Shown piece after piece: positions 11,101 to 24,325 of a DNA stretch of 64,000 bases. A program made the position numbers and the translations under genes. The notes below the pieces were generated by a model. It was not told the origin of the DNA and did not search any database. It worked only from the letters and a program-made list of their open reading frames with translations. Numbering within the stretch: the stretch's first letter is position 1; the number at the start of each line of letters is the position of its first letter. The DNA comes from Macrostomum lignano (taxonomy: Eukaryota): positions 25,794 through 89,793 of the forward strand of contig NIVC01000171.1 in assembly GCA_002269645.1 (NCBI GenBank). The letters run 5' to 3'.

Positions 11101-14100
11101 CTGGTGAATGGCGCTTCTGTTCTGGGTGAATGGCGCTTCTGTTCTGGGTGAATGGCGCTTCTGTTCTGGTGAATGGCGCTTCTGTTCTGGGTGAATGGCG
11201 CTTCTGTTCTGGGTGAATGGCGCTTCTGTTCTGGGTGAATGGCGCTTCTGTTCTGGGTGAATGGCGCTTCTGTTCTGGGTGAATGGCGCTTCTGTTCTGG
11301 GTGAATGGCGCTTCTGTTCTGGGTGAATGGCGCTTCTGTTCTGGGTGAATGGCGCTTCTGTTCTGGTGAATGGCGCTTCTGTTCTGGGTGAATGGCGCTT
11401 CTGTTCTGGTGAATGGCGCTTCTGTTCTGGTGAATGGCGCTTCTGTTCTGGGTGAATGGCGCTTCTGTTCTGGGTGAATGGCGCTTCTGTTCTGGTGAAT
11501 GGCGCTTCTGTTCTGGGTGAATGGCGCTTCTGTTCTGGTGAATGGCGCTTCTGTTCTGAGTGAATGGCGCTTCTGTTCTGGTGAATGGCGCTTCTGTTCT
11601 GAGTGAATGGCGCTTCTGTTCTGAGTGAATGGCGCTTCTGTTCTGGGTGAATGGCGCTTCTGTTCTGGTGAATGGCGCTTCTGTTCTGGTGAATGGCGCT
11701 TCTGTTCTGGTGAATGGCGCTTCTGTTCTGGGTGAATGGCGCTTCTGTTCTGGTGAATGGCGCTTCTGTTCTGGTGAATGGCGCTTCTGTTCTGGGTGAA
11801 TGGCGCTTCTGTTCTGGGTGAATGGCGCTTCTGTTCTGGTGAATGGCGCTTCTGTTCTGGGTGAATGGCGCTTCTGTTCTGGGTGAATGGCGCTTCTGTT
11901 CTGGGTGAATGGCGCTTCTGTTCTGGGTGAATGGCGCTTCTGTTCTGGGTGAATGGCGCTTCTGTTCTGGGTGAATGGCGCTTCTGTTCTGGGTGAATGG
12001 CGCTTCTGTTCTGGTGAATGGCGCTTCTGTTCTGGGTGAATGGCGCTTCTGTTCTGGTGAATGGCGCTTCTGTTCTGGGTGAATGGCGCTTCTGTTCTGG
12101 GTGAATGGCGCTTCTGTTCTGGGTGAATGGCGCTTCTGTTCTGGGTGAATGGCGCTTCTGTTCTGGGTGAATGGCGCTTCTGTTCTGGTGAATGGCGCTT
12201 CTGTTCTGGTGAATGGCGCTTCTGTTCTGGTGAATGGCGCTTCTGTTCTGAGTGAATGGCGCTTCTGTTCTGGTGAATGGCGCTTCTGTTCTGGTGAATG
12301 GCGCTTCTGTTCTGGTGAATGGCGCTTCTGTTCTGGTGAATGGCGCTTCTGTTCTGGGTGAATGGCGCTTCTGTTCTGGTGAATGGCGCTTCTGTTCTGG
12401 TGAATGGCGCTTCTGTTCTGGGTGAATGGCGCTTCTGTTCTGGGTGAATGGCGCTTCTGTTCTGGTGAATGGCGCTTCTGTTCTGGGTGAATGGCGCTTC
12501 TGTTCTGGGTGAATGGCGCTTCTGTTCTGGGTGAATGGCGCTTCTGTTCTGGGTGAATGGCGCTTCTGTTCTGGTGAATGGCGCTTCTGTTCTGGGTGAA
12601 TGGCGCTTCTGTTCTGGGTGAATGGCGCTTCTGTTCTGGTGAATGGCGCTTCTGTTCTGGGTGAATGGCGCTTCTGTTCTGGGTGAATGGCGCTTCTGTT
12701 CTGGGTGAATGGCGCTTCTGTTCTGGGTGAATGGCGCTTCTGTTCTGGGTGAATGGCGCTTCTGTTCTGGGTGAATGGCGCTTCTGTTCTGGTGAATGGC
12801 GCTTCTGTTCTGGGTGAATGGCGCTTCTGTTCTGGGTGAATGGCGCTTCTGTTCTGGGTGAATGGCGCTTCTGTTCTGGGTGAATGGCGCTTCTGTTCTG
12901 GGTGAATGGCGCTTCTGTTCTGGTGAATGGCGCTTCTGTTCTGGTGAATGGCGCTTCTGTTCTGGTGAATGGCGCTTCTGTTCTGGTGAATGGCGCTTCT
13001 GTTCTGGTGAATGGCGCTTCTGTTCTGGTGAATGGCGCTTCTGTTCTGAGTGAATGGCGCTTCTGTTCTGGGTGAATGGCGCTTCTGTTCTGGTGAATGG
13101 CGCTTCTGTTCTGGTGAATGGCGCTTCTGTTCTGGTGAATGGCGCTTCTGTTCTGGGTGAATGGCGCTTCTGTTCTGGTGAATGGCGCTTCTGTTCTGGT
13201 GAATGGCGCTTCTGTTCTGGGTGAATGGCGCTTCTGTTCTGGGTGAATGGCGCTTCTGTTCTGGTGAATGGCGCTTCTGTTCTGGTGAATGGCGCTTCTG
13301 TTCTGGGTGAATGGCGCTTCTGTTCTGGTGAATGGCGCTTCTGTTCTGGGTGAATGGCGCTTCTGTTCTGGGTGAATGGCGCTTCTGTTCTGGTGAATGG
13401 CGCTTCTGTTCTGGTGAATGGCGCTTCTGTTCTGGGTGAATGGCGCTTCTGTTCTGAGTGAATGGCGCTTCTGTTCTGGTGAATGGCGCTTCTGTTCTGG
13501 TGAATGGCGCTTCTGTTCTGAGTGAATGGCGCTTCTGTTCTGGGTGAATGGCGCTTCTGTTCTGGTGAATGGCGCTTCTGTTCTGAGTGAATGGCGCTTC
13601 TGTTCTGGGTGAATGGCGCTTCTGTTCTGGTGAATGGCGCTTCTGTTCTGGTGAATGGCGCTTCTGTTCTGGGTGAATGGCGCTTCTGTTCTGGGTGAAT
13701 GGCGCTTCTGTTCTGGTGAATGGCGCTTCTGTTCTGGTGAATGGCGCTTCTGTTCTGGGTGAATGGCGCTTCTGTTCTGGGTGAATGGCGCTTCTGTTCT
13801 GGGTGAATGGCGCTTCTGTTCTGGGTGAATGGCGCTTCTGTTCTGGTGAATGGCGCTTCTGTTCTGGTGAATGGCGCTTCTGTTCTGGGTGAATGGCGCT
13901 TCTGTTCTGGGTGAATGGCGCTTCTGTTCTGGGTGAATGGCGCTTCTGTTCTGGGTGAATGGCGCTTCTGTTCTGGGTGAATGGCGCTTCTGTTCTGGGT
14001 GAATGGCGCTTCTGTTCTGGGTGAATGGCGCTTCTGTTCTGGTGAATGGCGCTTCTGTTCTGGGTGAATGGCGCTTCTGTTCTGGGTGAATGGCGCTTCT

Positions 14101-17100
14101 GTTCTGGTGAATGGCGCTTCTGTTCTGGGTGAATGGCGCTTCTGTTCTGGGTGAATGGCGCTTCTGTTCTGAGTGAATGGCGCTTCTGTTCTGGTGAATG
14201 GCGCTTCTGTTCTGGGTGAATGGCGCTTCTGTTCTGGTGAATGGCGCTTCTGTTCTGGGTGAATGGCGCTTCTGTTCTGGGTGAATGGCGCTTCTGTTCT
14301 GGGAGAATGGCGCTTCTGTTCTGGGTGAATGGCGCTTCTGTTCTGGGTGAATGGCGCTTCTGTTCTGAGTGAATGGCGCTTCTGTTCTGGTGAATGGCGC
14401 TTCTGTTCTGGTGAATGGCGCTTCTGTTCTGGTGAATGGCGCTTCTGTTCTGGGTGAATGGCGCTTCTGTTCTGGTGAATGGCGCTTCTGTTCTGGTGAA
14501 TGGCGCTTCTGTTCTGGTGAATGGCGCTTCTGTTCTGGGTGAATGGCGCTTCTGTTCTGGTGAATGGCGCTTCTGTTCTGGTGAATGGCGCTTCTGTTCT
14601 GGGTGAATGGCGCTTCTGTTCTGGGTGAATGGCGCTTCTGTTCTGAGTGAATGGCGCTTCTGTTCTGAGTGAATGGCGCTTCTGTTCTGGGTGAATGGCG
14701 CTTCTGTTCTGAGTGAATGGCGCTTCTGTTCTGGGTGAATGGCGCTTCTGTTCTGGGTGAATGGCGCTTCTGTTCTGGGTGAATGGCGCTTCTGTTCTGG
14801 TGAATGGCGCTTCTGTTCTGGTGAATGGCGCTTCTGTTCTGAGTGAATGGCGCTTCTGTTCTGGGTGAATGGCGCTTCTGTTCTGGTGAATGGCGCTTCT
14901 GTTCTGGTGAATGGCGCTTCTGTTCTGGGTGAATGGCGCTTCTGTTCTGGTGAATGGCGCTTCTGTTCTGGTGAATGGCGCTTCTGTTCTGGTGAATGGC
15001 GCTTCTGTTCTGGGTGAATGGCGCTTCTGTTCTGGTGAATGGCGCTTCTGTTCTGGTGAATGGCGCTTCTGTTCTGGGTGAATGGCGCTTCTGTTCTGGG
15101 TGAATGGCGCTTCTGTTCTGGTGAATGGCGCTTCTGTTCTGGGTGAATGGCGCTTCTGTTCTGGGTGAATGGCGCTTCTGTTCTGGGTGAATGGCGCTTC
15201 TGTTCTGGGTGAATGGCGCTTCTGTTCTGGGTGAATGGCGCTTCTGTTCTGGGTGAATGGCGCTTCTGTTCTGGGTGAATGGCGCTTCTGTTCTGGGTGA
15301 ATGGCGCTTCTGTTCTGGGTGAATGGCGCTTCTGTTCTGGGTGAATGGCGCTTCTGTTCTGGGTGAATGGCGCTTCTGTTCTGGGTGAATGGCGCTTCTG
15401 TTCTGGGTGAATGGCGCTTCTGTTCTGGGTGAATGGCGCTTCTGTTCTGGGTGAATGGCGCTTCTGTTCTGGTGAATGGCGCTTCTGTTCTGGTGAATGG
15501 CGCTTCTGTTCTGGTGAATGGCGCTTCTGTTCTGGTGAATGGCGCTTCTGTTCTGGTGAATGGCGCTTCTGTTCTGGGTGAATGGCGCTTCTGTTCTGGT
15601 GAATGGCGCTTCTGTTCTGGTGAATGGCGCTTCTGTTCTGGGTGAATGGCGCTTCTGTTCTGGGTGAATGGCGCTTCTGTTCTGGGTGAATGGCGCTTCT
15701 GTTCTGGGTGAATGGCGCTTCTGTTCTGGGTGAATGGCGCTTCTGTTCTGGTGAATGGCGCTTCTGTTCTGGTGAATGGCGCTTCTGTTCTGGTGAATGG
15801 CGCTTCTGTTCTGGGTGAATGGCGCTTCTGTTCTGGTGAATGGCGCTTCTGTTCTGGGTGAATGGCGCTTCTGTTCTGGGTGAATGGCGCTTCTGTTCTG
15901 GTGAATGGCGCTTCTGTTCTGGGTGAATGGCGCTTCTGTTCTGGGTGAATGGCGCTTCTGTTCTGGGTGAATGGCGCTTCTGTTCTGGGTGAATGGCGCT
16001 TCTGTTCTGGGTGAATGGCGCTTCTGTTCTGGGTGAATGGCGCTTCTGTTCTGGGTGAATGGCGCTTCTGTTCTGGGTGAATGGCGCTTCTGTTCTGGGT
16101 GAATGGCGCTTCTGTTCTGGGTGAATGGCGCTTCTGTTCTGGGTGAATGGCGCTTCTGTTCTGGTGAATGGCGCTTCTGTTCTGGGTGAATGGCGCTTCT
16201 GTTCTGGGTGAATGGCGCTTCTGTTCTGGGTGAATGGCGCTTCTGTTCTGGTGAATGGCGCTTCTGTTCTGGGTGAATGGCGCTTCTGTTCTGAGTGAAT
16301 GGCGCTTCTGTTCTGGGTGAATGGCGCTTCTGTTCTGGTGAATGGCGCTTCTGTTCTGGTGAATGGCGCTTCTGTTCTGGGTGAATGGCGCTTCTGTTCT
16401 GGTGAATGGCGCTTCTGTTCTGAGTGAATGGCGCTTCTGTTCTGGGTGAATGGCGCTTCTGTTCTGGTGAATGGCGCTTCTGTTCTGGTGAATGGCGCTT
16501 CTGTTCTGGGTGAATGGCGCTTCTGTTCTGGGTGAATGGCGCTTCTGTTCTGGTGAATGGCGCTTCTGTTCTGGTGAATGGCGCTTCTGTTCTGGGTGAA
16601 TGGCGCTTCTGTTCTGGTGAATGGCGCTTCTGTTCTGGTGAATGGCGCTTCTGTTCTGGGTGAATGGCGCTTCTGTTCTGGGTGAATGGCGCTTCTGTTC
16701 TGGGTGAATGGCGCTTCTGTTCTGGGTGAATGGCGCTTCTGTTCTGGGTGAATGGCGCTTCTGTTCTGGGTGAATGGCGCTTCTGTTCTGGGTGAATGGC
16801 GCTTCTGTTCTGGTGAATGGCGCTTCTGTTCTGGGTGAATGGCGCTTCTGTTCTGGTGAATGGCGCTTCTGTTCTGGTGAATGGCGCTTCTGTTCTGGGT
16901 GAATGGCGCTTCTGTTCTGGGTGAATGGCGCTTCTGTTCTGGGTGAATGGCGCTTCTGTTCTGGGTGAATGGCGCTTCTGTTCTGAGTGAATGGCGCTTC
17001 TGTTCTGGGTGAATGGCGCTTCTGTTCTGGTGAATGGCGCTTCTGTTCTGGGTGAATGGCGCTTCTGTTCTGGTGAATGGCGCTTCTGTTCTGGTGAATG

Positions 17101-20100
17101 GCGCTTCTGTTCTGAGTGAATGGCGCTTCTGTTCTGGTGAATGGCGCTTCTGTTCTGGGTGAATGGCGCTTCTGTTCTGGTGAATGGCGCTTCTGTTCTG
17201 GTGAATGGCGCTTCTGTTCTGGTGAATGGCGCTTCTGTTCTGGTGAATGGCGCTTCTGTTCTGGTGAATGGCGCTTCTGTTCTGGGTGAATGGCGCTTCT
17301 GTTCTGGGTGAATGGCGCTTCTGTTCTGGGTGAATGGCGCTTCTGTTCTGGGTGAATGGCGCTTCTGTTCTGGGTGAATGGCGCTTCTGTTCTGGTGAAT
17401 GGCGCTTCTGTTCTGGGTGAATGGCGCTTCTGTTCTGGTGAATGGCGCTTCTGTTCTGGGTGAATGGCGCTTCTGTTCTGGGTGAATGGCGCTTCTGTTC
17501 TGGGTGAATGGCGCTTCTGTTCTGGGTGAATGGCGCTTCTGTTCTGGGTGAATGGCGCTTCTGTTCTGGGTGAATGGCGCTTCTGTTCTGGTGAATGGCG
17601 CTTCTGTTCTGGGTGAATGGCGCTTCTGTTCTGGGTGAATGGCGCTTCTGTTCTGAGTGAATGGCGCTTCTGTTCTGGGTGAATGGCGCTTCTGTTCTGG
17701 GTGAATGGCGCTTCTGTTCTGGGTGAATGGCGCTTCTGTTCTGGTGAATGGCGCTTCTGTTCTGGGTGAATGGCGCTTCTGTTCTGGTGAATGGCGCTTC
17801 TGTTCTGGGTGAATGGCGCTTCTGTTCTGGTGAATGGCGCTTCTGTTCTGAGTGAATGGCGCTTCTGTTCTGGGTGAATGGCGCTTCTGTTCTGGTGAAT
17901 GGCGCTTCTGTTCTGAGTGAATGGCGCTTCTGTTCTGGGTGAATGGCGCTTCTGTTCTGGGTGAATGGCGCTTCTGTTCTGGTGAATGGCGCTTCTGTTC
18001 TGGGTGAATGGCGCTTCTGTTCTGGGTGAATGGCGCTTCTGTTCTGGGTGAATGGCGCTTCTGTTCTGAGTGAATGGCGCTTCTGTTCTGGGTGAATGGC
18101 GCTTCTGTTCTGGGTGAATGGCGCTTCTGTTCTGGTGAATGGCGCTTCTGTTCTGGGTGAATGGCGCTTCTGTTCTGGGTGAATGGCGCTTCTGTTCTGG
18201 GTGAATGGCGCTTCTGTTCTGGGTGAATGGCGCTTCTGTTCTGGTGAATGGCGCTTCTGTTCTGGTGAATGGCGCTTCTGTTCTGGGTGAATGGCGCTTC
18301 TGTTCTGGTGAATGGCGCTTCTGTTCTGAGTGAATGGCGCTTCTGTTCTGGGTGAATGGCGCTTCTGTTCTGGTGAATGGCGCTTCTGTTCTGGTGAATG
18401 GCGCTTCTGTTCTGGGTGAATGGCGCTTCTGTTCTGGTGAATGGCGCTTCTGTTCTGGTGAATGGCGCTTCTGTTCTGGGTGAATGGCGCTTCTGTTCTG
18501 GGTGAATGGCGCTTCTGTTCTGGTGAATGGCGCTTCTGTTCTGGTGAATGGCGCTTCTGTTCTGGGTGAATGGCGCTTCTGTTCTGGTGAATGGCGCTTC
18601 TGTTCTGGGTGAATGGCGCTTCTGTTCTGGGTGAATGGCGCTTCTGTTCTGGTGAATGGCGCTTCTGTTCTGGGTGAATGGCGCTTCTGTTCTGGGTGAA
18701 TGGCGCTTCTGTTCTGGGTGAATGGCGCTTCTGTTCTGGGTGAATGGCGCTTCTGTTCTGGTGAATGGCGCTTCTGTTCTGGTGAATGGCGCTTCTGTTC
18801 TGGGTGAATGGCGCTTCTGTTCTGGGTGAATGGCGCTTCTGTTCTGAGTGAATGGCGCTTCTGTTCTGGGTGAATGGCGCTTCTGTTCTGGGTGAATGGC
18901 GCTTCTGTTCTGGGTGAATGGCGCTTCTGTTCTGGGTGAATGGCGCTTCTGTTCTGGGTGAATGGCGCTTCTGTTCTGGTGAATGGCGCTTCTGTTCTGG
19001 GTGAATGGCGCTTCTGTTCTGGTGAATGGCGCTTCTGTTCTGAGTGAATGGCGCTTCTGTTCTGGGTGAATGGCGCTTCTGTTCTGGTGAATGGCGCTTC
19101 TGTTCTGAGTGAATGGCGCTTCTGTTCTGGGTGAATGGCGCTTCTGTTCTGGGTGAATGGCGCTTCTGTTCTGGTGAATGGCGCTTCTGTTCTGGGTGAA
19201 TGGCGCTTCTGTTCTGGGTGAATGGCGCTTCTGTTCTGGTGAATGGCGCTTCTGTTCTGGTGAATGGCGCTTCTGTTCTGGGTGAATGGCGCTTCTGTTC
19301 TGGGTGAATGGCGCTTCTGTTCTGGTGAATGGCGCTTCTGTTCTGGGTGAATGGCGCTTCTGTTCTGGGTGAATGGCGCTTCTGTTCTGGTGAATGGCGC
19401 TTCTGTTCTGGTGAATGGCGCTTCTGTTCTGGTGAATGGCGCTTCTGTTCTGGTGAATGGCGCTTCTGTTCTGGGTGAATGGCGCTTCTGTTCTGGTGAA
19501 TGGCGCTTCTGTTCTGGTGAATGGCGCTTCTGTTCTGGGTGAATGGCGCTTCTGTTCTGGTGAATGGCGCTTCTGTTCTGGTGAATGGCGCTTCTGTTCT
19601 GGGTGAATGGCGCTTCTGTTCTGGGTGAATGGCGCTTCTGTTCTGGTGAATGGCGCTTCTGTTCTGGGTGAATGGCGCTTCTGTTCTGGGTGAATGGCGC
19701 TTCTGTTCTGGTGAATGGCGCTTCTGTTCTGGTGAATGGCGCTTCTGTTCTGGGTGAATGGCGCTTCTGTTCTGGGTGAATGGCGCTTCTGTTCTGGGTG
19801 AATGGCGCTTCTGTTCTGGGTGAATGGCGCTTCTGTTCTGGTGAATGGCGCTTCTGTTCTGGGTGAATGGCGCTTCTGTTCTGGTGAATGGCGCTTCTGT
19901 TCTGGTGAATGGCGCTTCTGTTCTGGGTGAATGGCGCTTCTGTTCTGGGTGAATGGCGCTTCTGTTCTGGTGAATGGCGCTTCTGTTCTGGGTGAATGGC
20001 GCTTCTGTTCTGGGTGAATGGCGCTTCTGTTCTGGGTGAATGGCGCTTCTGTTCTGGTGAATGGCGCTTCTGTTCTGGGTGAATGGCGCTTCTGTTCTGG

Positions 20101-23100
20101 GTGAATGGCGCTTCTGTTCTGGTGAATGGCGCTTCTGTTCTGGGTGAATGGCGCTTCTGTTCTGGGTGAATGGCGCTTCTGTTCTGGTGAATGGCGCTTC
20201 TGTTCTGGGTGAATGGCGCTTCTGTTCTGGGTGAATGGCGCTTCTGTTCTGGGTGAATGGCGCTTCTGTTCTGGGTGAATGGCGCTTCTGTTCTGGGTGA
20301 ATGGCGCTTCTGTTCTGGGTGAATGGCGCTTCTGTTCTGGGTGAATGGCGCTTCTGTTCTGGTGAATGGCGCTTCTGTTCTGGTGAATGGCGCTTCTGTT
20401 CTGGGTGAATGGCGCTTCTGTTCTGGGTGAATGGCGCTTCTGTTCTGAGTGAATGGCGCTTCTGTTCTGGGTGAATGGCGCTTCTGTTCTGGGTGAATGG
20501 CGCTTCTGTTCTGGTGAATGGCGCTTCTGTTCTGGGTGAATGGCGCTTCTGTTCTGGGTGAATGGCGCTTCTGTTCTGAGTGAATGGCGCTTCTGTTCTG
20601 GGTGAATGGCGCTTCTGTTCTGGGTGAATGGCGCTTCTGTTCTGGTGAATGGCGCTTCTGTTCTGGTGAATGGCGCTTCTGTTCTGGGTGAATGGCGCTT
20701 CTGTTCTGGTGAATGGCGCTTCTGTTCTGGTGAATGGCGCTTCTGTTCTGGTGAATGGCGCTTCTGTTCTGAGTGAATGGCGCTTCTGTTCTGGGTGAAT
20801 GGCGCTTCTGTTCTGGGTGAATGGCGCTTCTGTTCTGGTGAATGGCGCTTCTGTTCTGGGTGAATGGCGCTTCTGTTCTGGGTGAATGGCGCTTCTGTTC
20901 TGGGTGAATGGCGCTTCTGTTCTGGTGAATGGCGCTTCTGTTCTGGGTGAATGGCGCTTCTGTTCTGGGTGAATGGCGCTTCTGTTCTGAGTGAATGGCG
21001 CTTCTGTTCTGGGTGAATGGCGCTTCTGTTCTGGGTGAATGGCGCTTCTGTTCTGGGTGAATGGCGCTTCTGTTCTGGGTGAATGGCGCTTCTGTTCTGG
21101 GAATGGCGCTTCTGTTCTGAGTGAATGGCGCTTCTGTTCTGGGTGAATGGCGCTTCTGTTCTGGTGAATGGCGCTTCTGTTCTGAGTGAATGGCGCTTCT
21201 GTTCTGGGTGAATGGCGCTTCTGTTCTGGTGAATGGCGCTTCTGTTCTGAGTGAATGGCGCTTCTGTTCTGGGTGAATGGCGCTTCTGTTCTGGTGAATG
21301 GCGCTTCTGTTCTGAGTGAATGGCGCTTCTGTTCTGGGTGAATGGCGCTTCTGTTCTGGGTGAATGGCGCTTCTGTTCTGGGTGAATGGCGCTTCTGTTC
21401 TGGGTGAATGGCGCTTCTGTTCTGGGTGAATGGCGCTTCTGTTCTGGTGAATGGCGCTTCTGTTCTGGGTGAATGGCGCTTCTGTTCTGGGTGAATGGCG
21501 CTTCTGTTCTGGGTGAATGGCGCTTCTGTTCTGGGTGAATGGCGCTTCTGTTCTGGGTGAATGGCGCTTCTGTTCTGGGTGAATGGCGCTTCTGTTCTGG
21601 GTGAATGGCGCTTCTGTTCTGGGTGAATGGCGCTTCTGTTCTGGTGAATGGCGCTTCTGTTCTGGGTGAATGGCGCTTCTGTTCTGGGTGAATGGCGCTT
21701 CTGTTCTGGTGAATGGCGCTTCTGTTCTGGGTGAATGGCGCTTCTGTTCTGGGTGAATGGCGCTTCTGTTCTGGGAGAATGGCGCTTCTGTTCTGGGTGA
21801 ATGGCGCTTCTGTTCTGGGCGAATGGCGCTTCTGTGCTGAGTGAATGGCGCTTCTGTTCTGGGCGAATGGCGCTTCTGTGCTGAGTGAATGGCGCTTCTG
21901 TTCTGGTGAATGGCGCTTCTGTTCTGGGTGAATGGCGCTTCTGTTCTGGTGAATGGCGCTTCTGTTCTGAGTGAATGGCGCTTCTGTTCTGGGTGAATGG
22001 CGCTTCTGTTCTGGGTGAATGGCGCTTCTGTTCTGGTGAATGGCGCTTCTGTTCTGGGTGAATGGCGCTTCTGTTCTGGGTGAATGGCGCTTCTGTTCTG
22101 GTGAATGGCGCTTCTGTTCTGGTGAATGGCGCTTCTGTTCTGGGTGAATGGCGCTTCTGTTCTGGGTGAATGGCGCTTCTGTTCTGGTGAATGGCGCTTC
22201 TGTTCTGGGTGAATGGCGCTTCTGTTCTGGGTGAATGGCGCTTCTGTTCTGGGTGAATGGCGCTTCTGTTCTGGGTGAATGGCGCTTCTGTTCTGGGCGA
22301 ATGGCGCTTCTGTGCTGAGTGAATGGCGCTTCTGTTCTGGGTGAATGGCGCTTCTGTTCTGAGTGAATGGCGCTTCTGTTCTGAGTGAATGGCGCTTCTG
22401 TTCTGGGTGAATGGCGCTTCTGTTCTGGTGAATGGCGCTTCTGTTCTGAGTGAATGGCGCTTCTGTTCTGGGTGAATGGCGCTTCTGTTCTGGGTGAATG
22501 GCGCTTCTGTTCTGGTGAATGGCGCTTCTGTTCTGGTGAATGGCGCTTCTGTTCTGGGTGAATGGCGCTTCTGTTCTGGGTGAATGGCGCTTCTGTTCTG
22601 AGTGAATGGCGCTTCTGTTCTGGGTGAATGGCGCTTCTGTTCTGGGTGAATGGCGCTTCTGTTCTGGGTGAATGGCGCTTCTGTTCTGGGTGAATGGCGC
22701 TTCTGTTCTGGGTGAATGGCGCTTCTGTTCTGGGTGAATGGCGCTTCTGTTCTGGGTGAATGGCGCTTCTGTTCTGGTGAATGGCGCTTCTGTTCTGGGT
22801 GAATGGCGCTTCTGTTCTGGGTGAATGGCGCTTCTGTTCTGAGTGAATGGCGCTTCTGTTCTGGGTGAATGGCGCTTCTGTTCTGGGTGAATGGCGCTTC
22901 TGTTCTGGGAGAATGGCGCTTCTGTTCTGGTGAATGGCGCTTCTGTTCTGGGAATGGCGCTTCTGTCTGAGTGAATGGCGCTTCTGTTCTGGGGAATGGC
23001 GCTTCTGTGCTGAGTGAATGGCGCTTCTGTTCTGAGTGAATGGCGCTTCTGTTCTGGGTGAATGGCGCTTCTGTTCTGAGTGAATGGCGCTTCTGTTCTG

Positions 23101-23731
23101 AGTGAATGGCGCTTCTGTTCTGGGTGAATGGCGCTTCTGTTCTGGGTGAATGGCGCTTCTGTTCTGAGTGAATGGCGCTTCTGTTCTGGGTGAATGGCGC
23201 TTCTGTTCTGGGTGAATGGCGCTTCTGTTCTGGGTGAATGGCGCTTCTGTTCTGGTGAATGGCGCTTCTGTTCTGGGTGAATGGCGCTTCTGTTCTGGGT
23301 GAATGGCGCTTCTGTTCTGGTGAATGGCGCTTCTGTTCTGGTGAATGGCGCTTCTGTTCTGGGTGAATGGCGCTTCTGTTCTGGTGAATGGCGCTTCTGT
23401 TCTGGGTGAATGGCGCTTCTGTTCTGGGTGAATGGCGCTTCTGTTCTGGGTGAATGGCGCTTCTGTTCTGGGTGAATGGCGCTTCTGTTCTGGGTGAATG
23501 GCGCTTCTGTTCTGGGTGAATGGCGCTTCTGTTCTGAGTGAATGGCGCTTCTGTTCTGGGTGAATGGCGCTTCTGTTCTGGGTGAATGGCGCTTCTGTTC
23601 TGAGTGAATGGCGCTTCTGTTCTGGGTGAATGGCGCTTCTGTTCTGGGAGAATGGCGCTTCTGTTCTGGGAGAATGGCGCTTCTGTTCTGAGTGAATGGC
23701 GCTTCTGTTCTGGGTGAATGGCGCTTCTGTG
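8111..23731. repeat. ~15.6-kb intronic satellite of 21/22-bp units GTGAATGGCGCTTCTGTTCTG(G/A), roughly 720 copies
   Basis: Continuous array with interspersed 21-bp (..CTGGTG..), 22-bp (..CTGGGTG..) and ..CTGAGTG.. variants. Copy number estimated from length divided by period. Confidence 0.98.
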
Positions 23732-23785
23732 CCGAGAGGCGCTGTAATGTTAAACAAATCTGTACTATAAATCTACTCCCCGCAG

Positions 23786-24301
23786 GCTCTTATCCGATCG
23801 CAACGAAAGACTGGCAGACACCGCAGCTTCGGGCGCTTCAGCATCTGCCGCAGCCGCAGGCGCCGCCGCAGGAGCAGCCTCCGCCTTCATCAGCAGCGAA
23901 GGAGCTCCTGGCAGATGACGACAGCCAGCCGAGCTCCACAGTCAGGTACACCATCGACGCCTTCTTGGCTAGCGACGGTCGCTCCTCCCGACGTGTCGGC
24001 AGCGGCGCTGGGCGGCCGCCGAAGTCGCCGACAAAGGAGGCGAGCCGGGCCAGCCGGTTCGAGTGCTCGGACTGCGGCCGGAGCTACGCCACCTCCAGCA
24101 ACCTCAGCCGGCACCGCCAGACGCATCGGAGTCTCGACAGTCAGGGAGCTCGGCGCTGCCAGCACTGCGGCAAGGCCTACGTGTCCATGCCGGCCCTGGC
24201 GATGCACCTGATGACGCACAGCCTGAAGCACCGCTGCCACGTGTGCGGCAAGTCCTTCAGCCGGCCCTGGTTACTGAGCGGCCACCTCAGGGCTCACACC
24301 G
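23786..24301 (+). CDS. scrt: scratch exon 2: Scratch domain and zinc fingers 1-3
   Basis: Acceptor CTCCCCGCAG|G at 23785. Contains the Scratch domain YTIDAFLASDGRSSRR and fingers CSDCGRSYATSSNLSRHRQTH, CQHCGKAYVSMPALAMHLMTH and CHVCGKSFSRPWLLSGHLRAH. Phase-1 donor G|GTGAGG at 24302 lies inside the TGEKP linker. Confidence 0.95.
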
Positions 24302-24325
24302 GTGAGGAGAGCAGCCCGGCCTGAA

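Noticed and set aside
8005-23757. 5250-aa minus-strand ORF (RTEAPFT/QNRSAIH/PEQKRHS repeats)
   Set aside because: The reverse complement of the 21/22-bp unit has no stop codon in any frame, so a long ORF is automatic. It starts at TTG, wanders among three phases with unit length, and lies antisense in the scratch intron.
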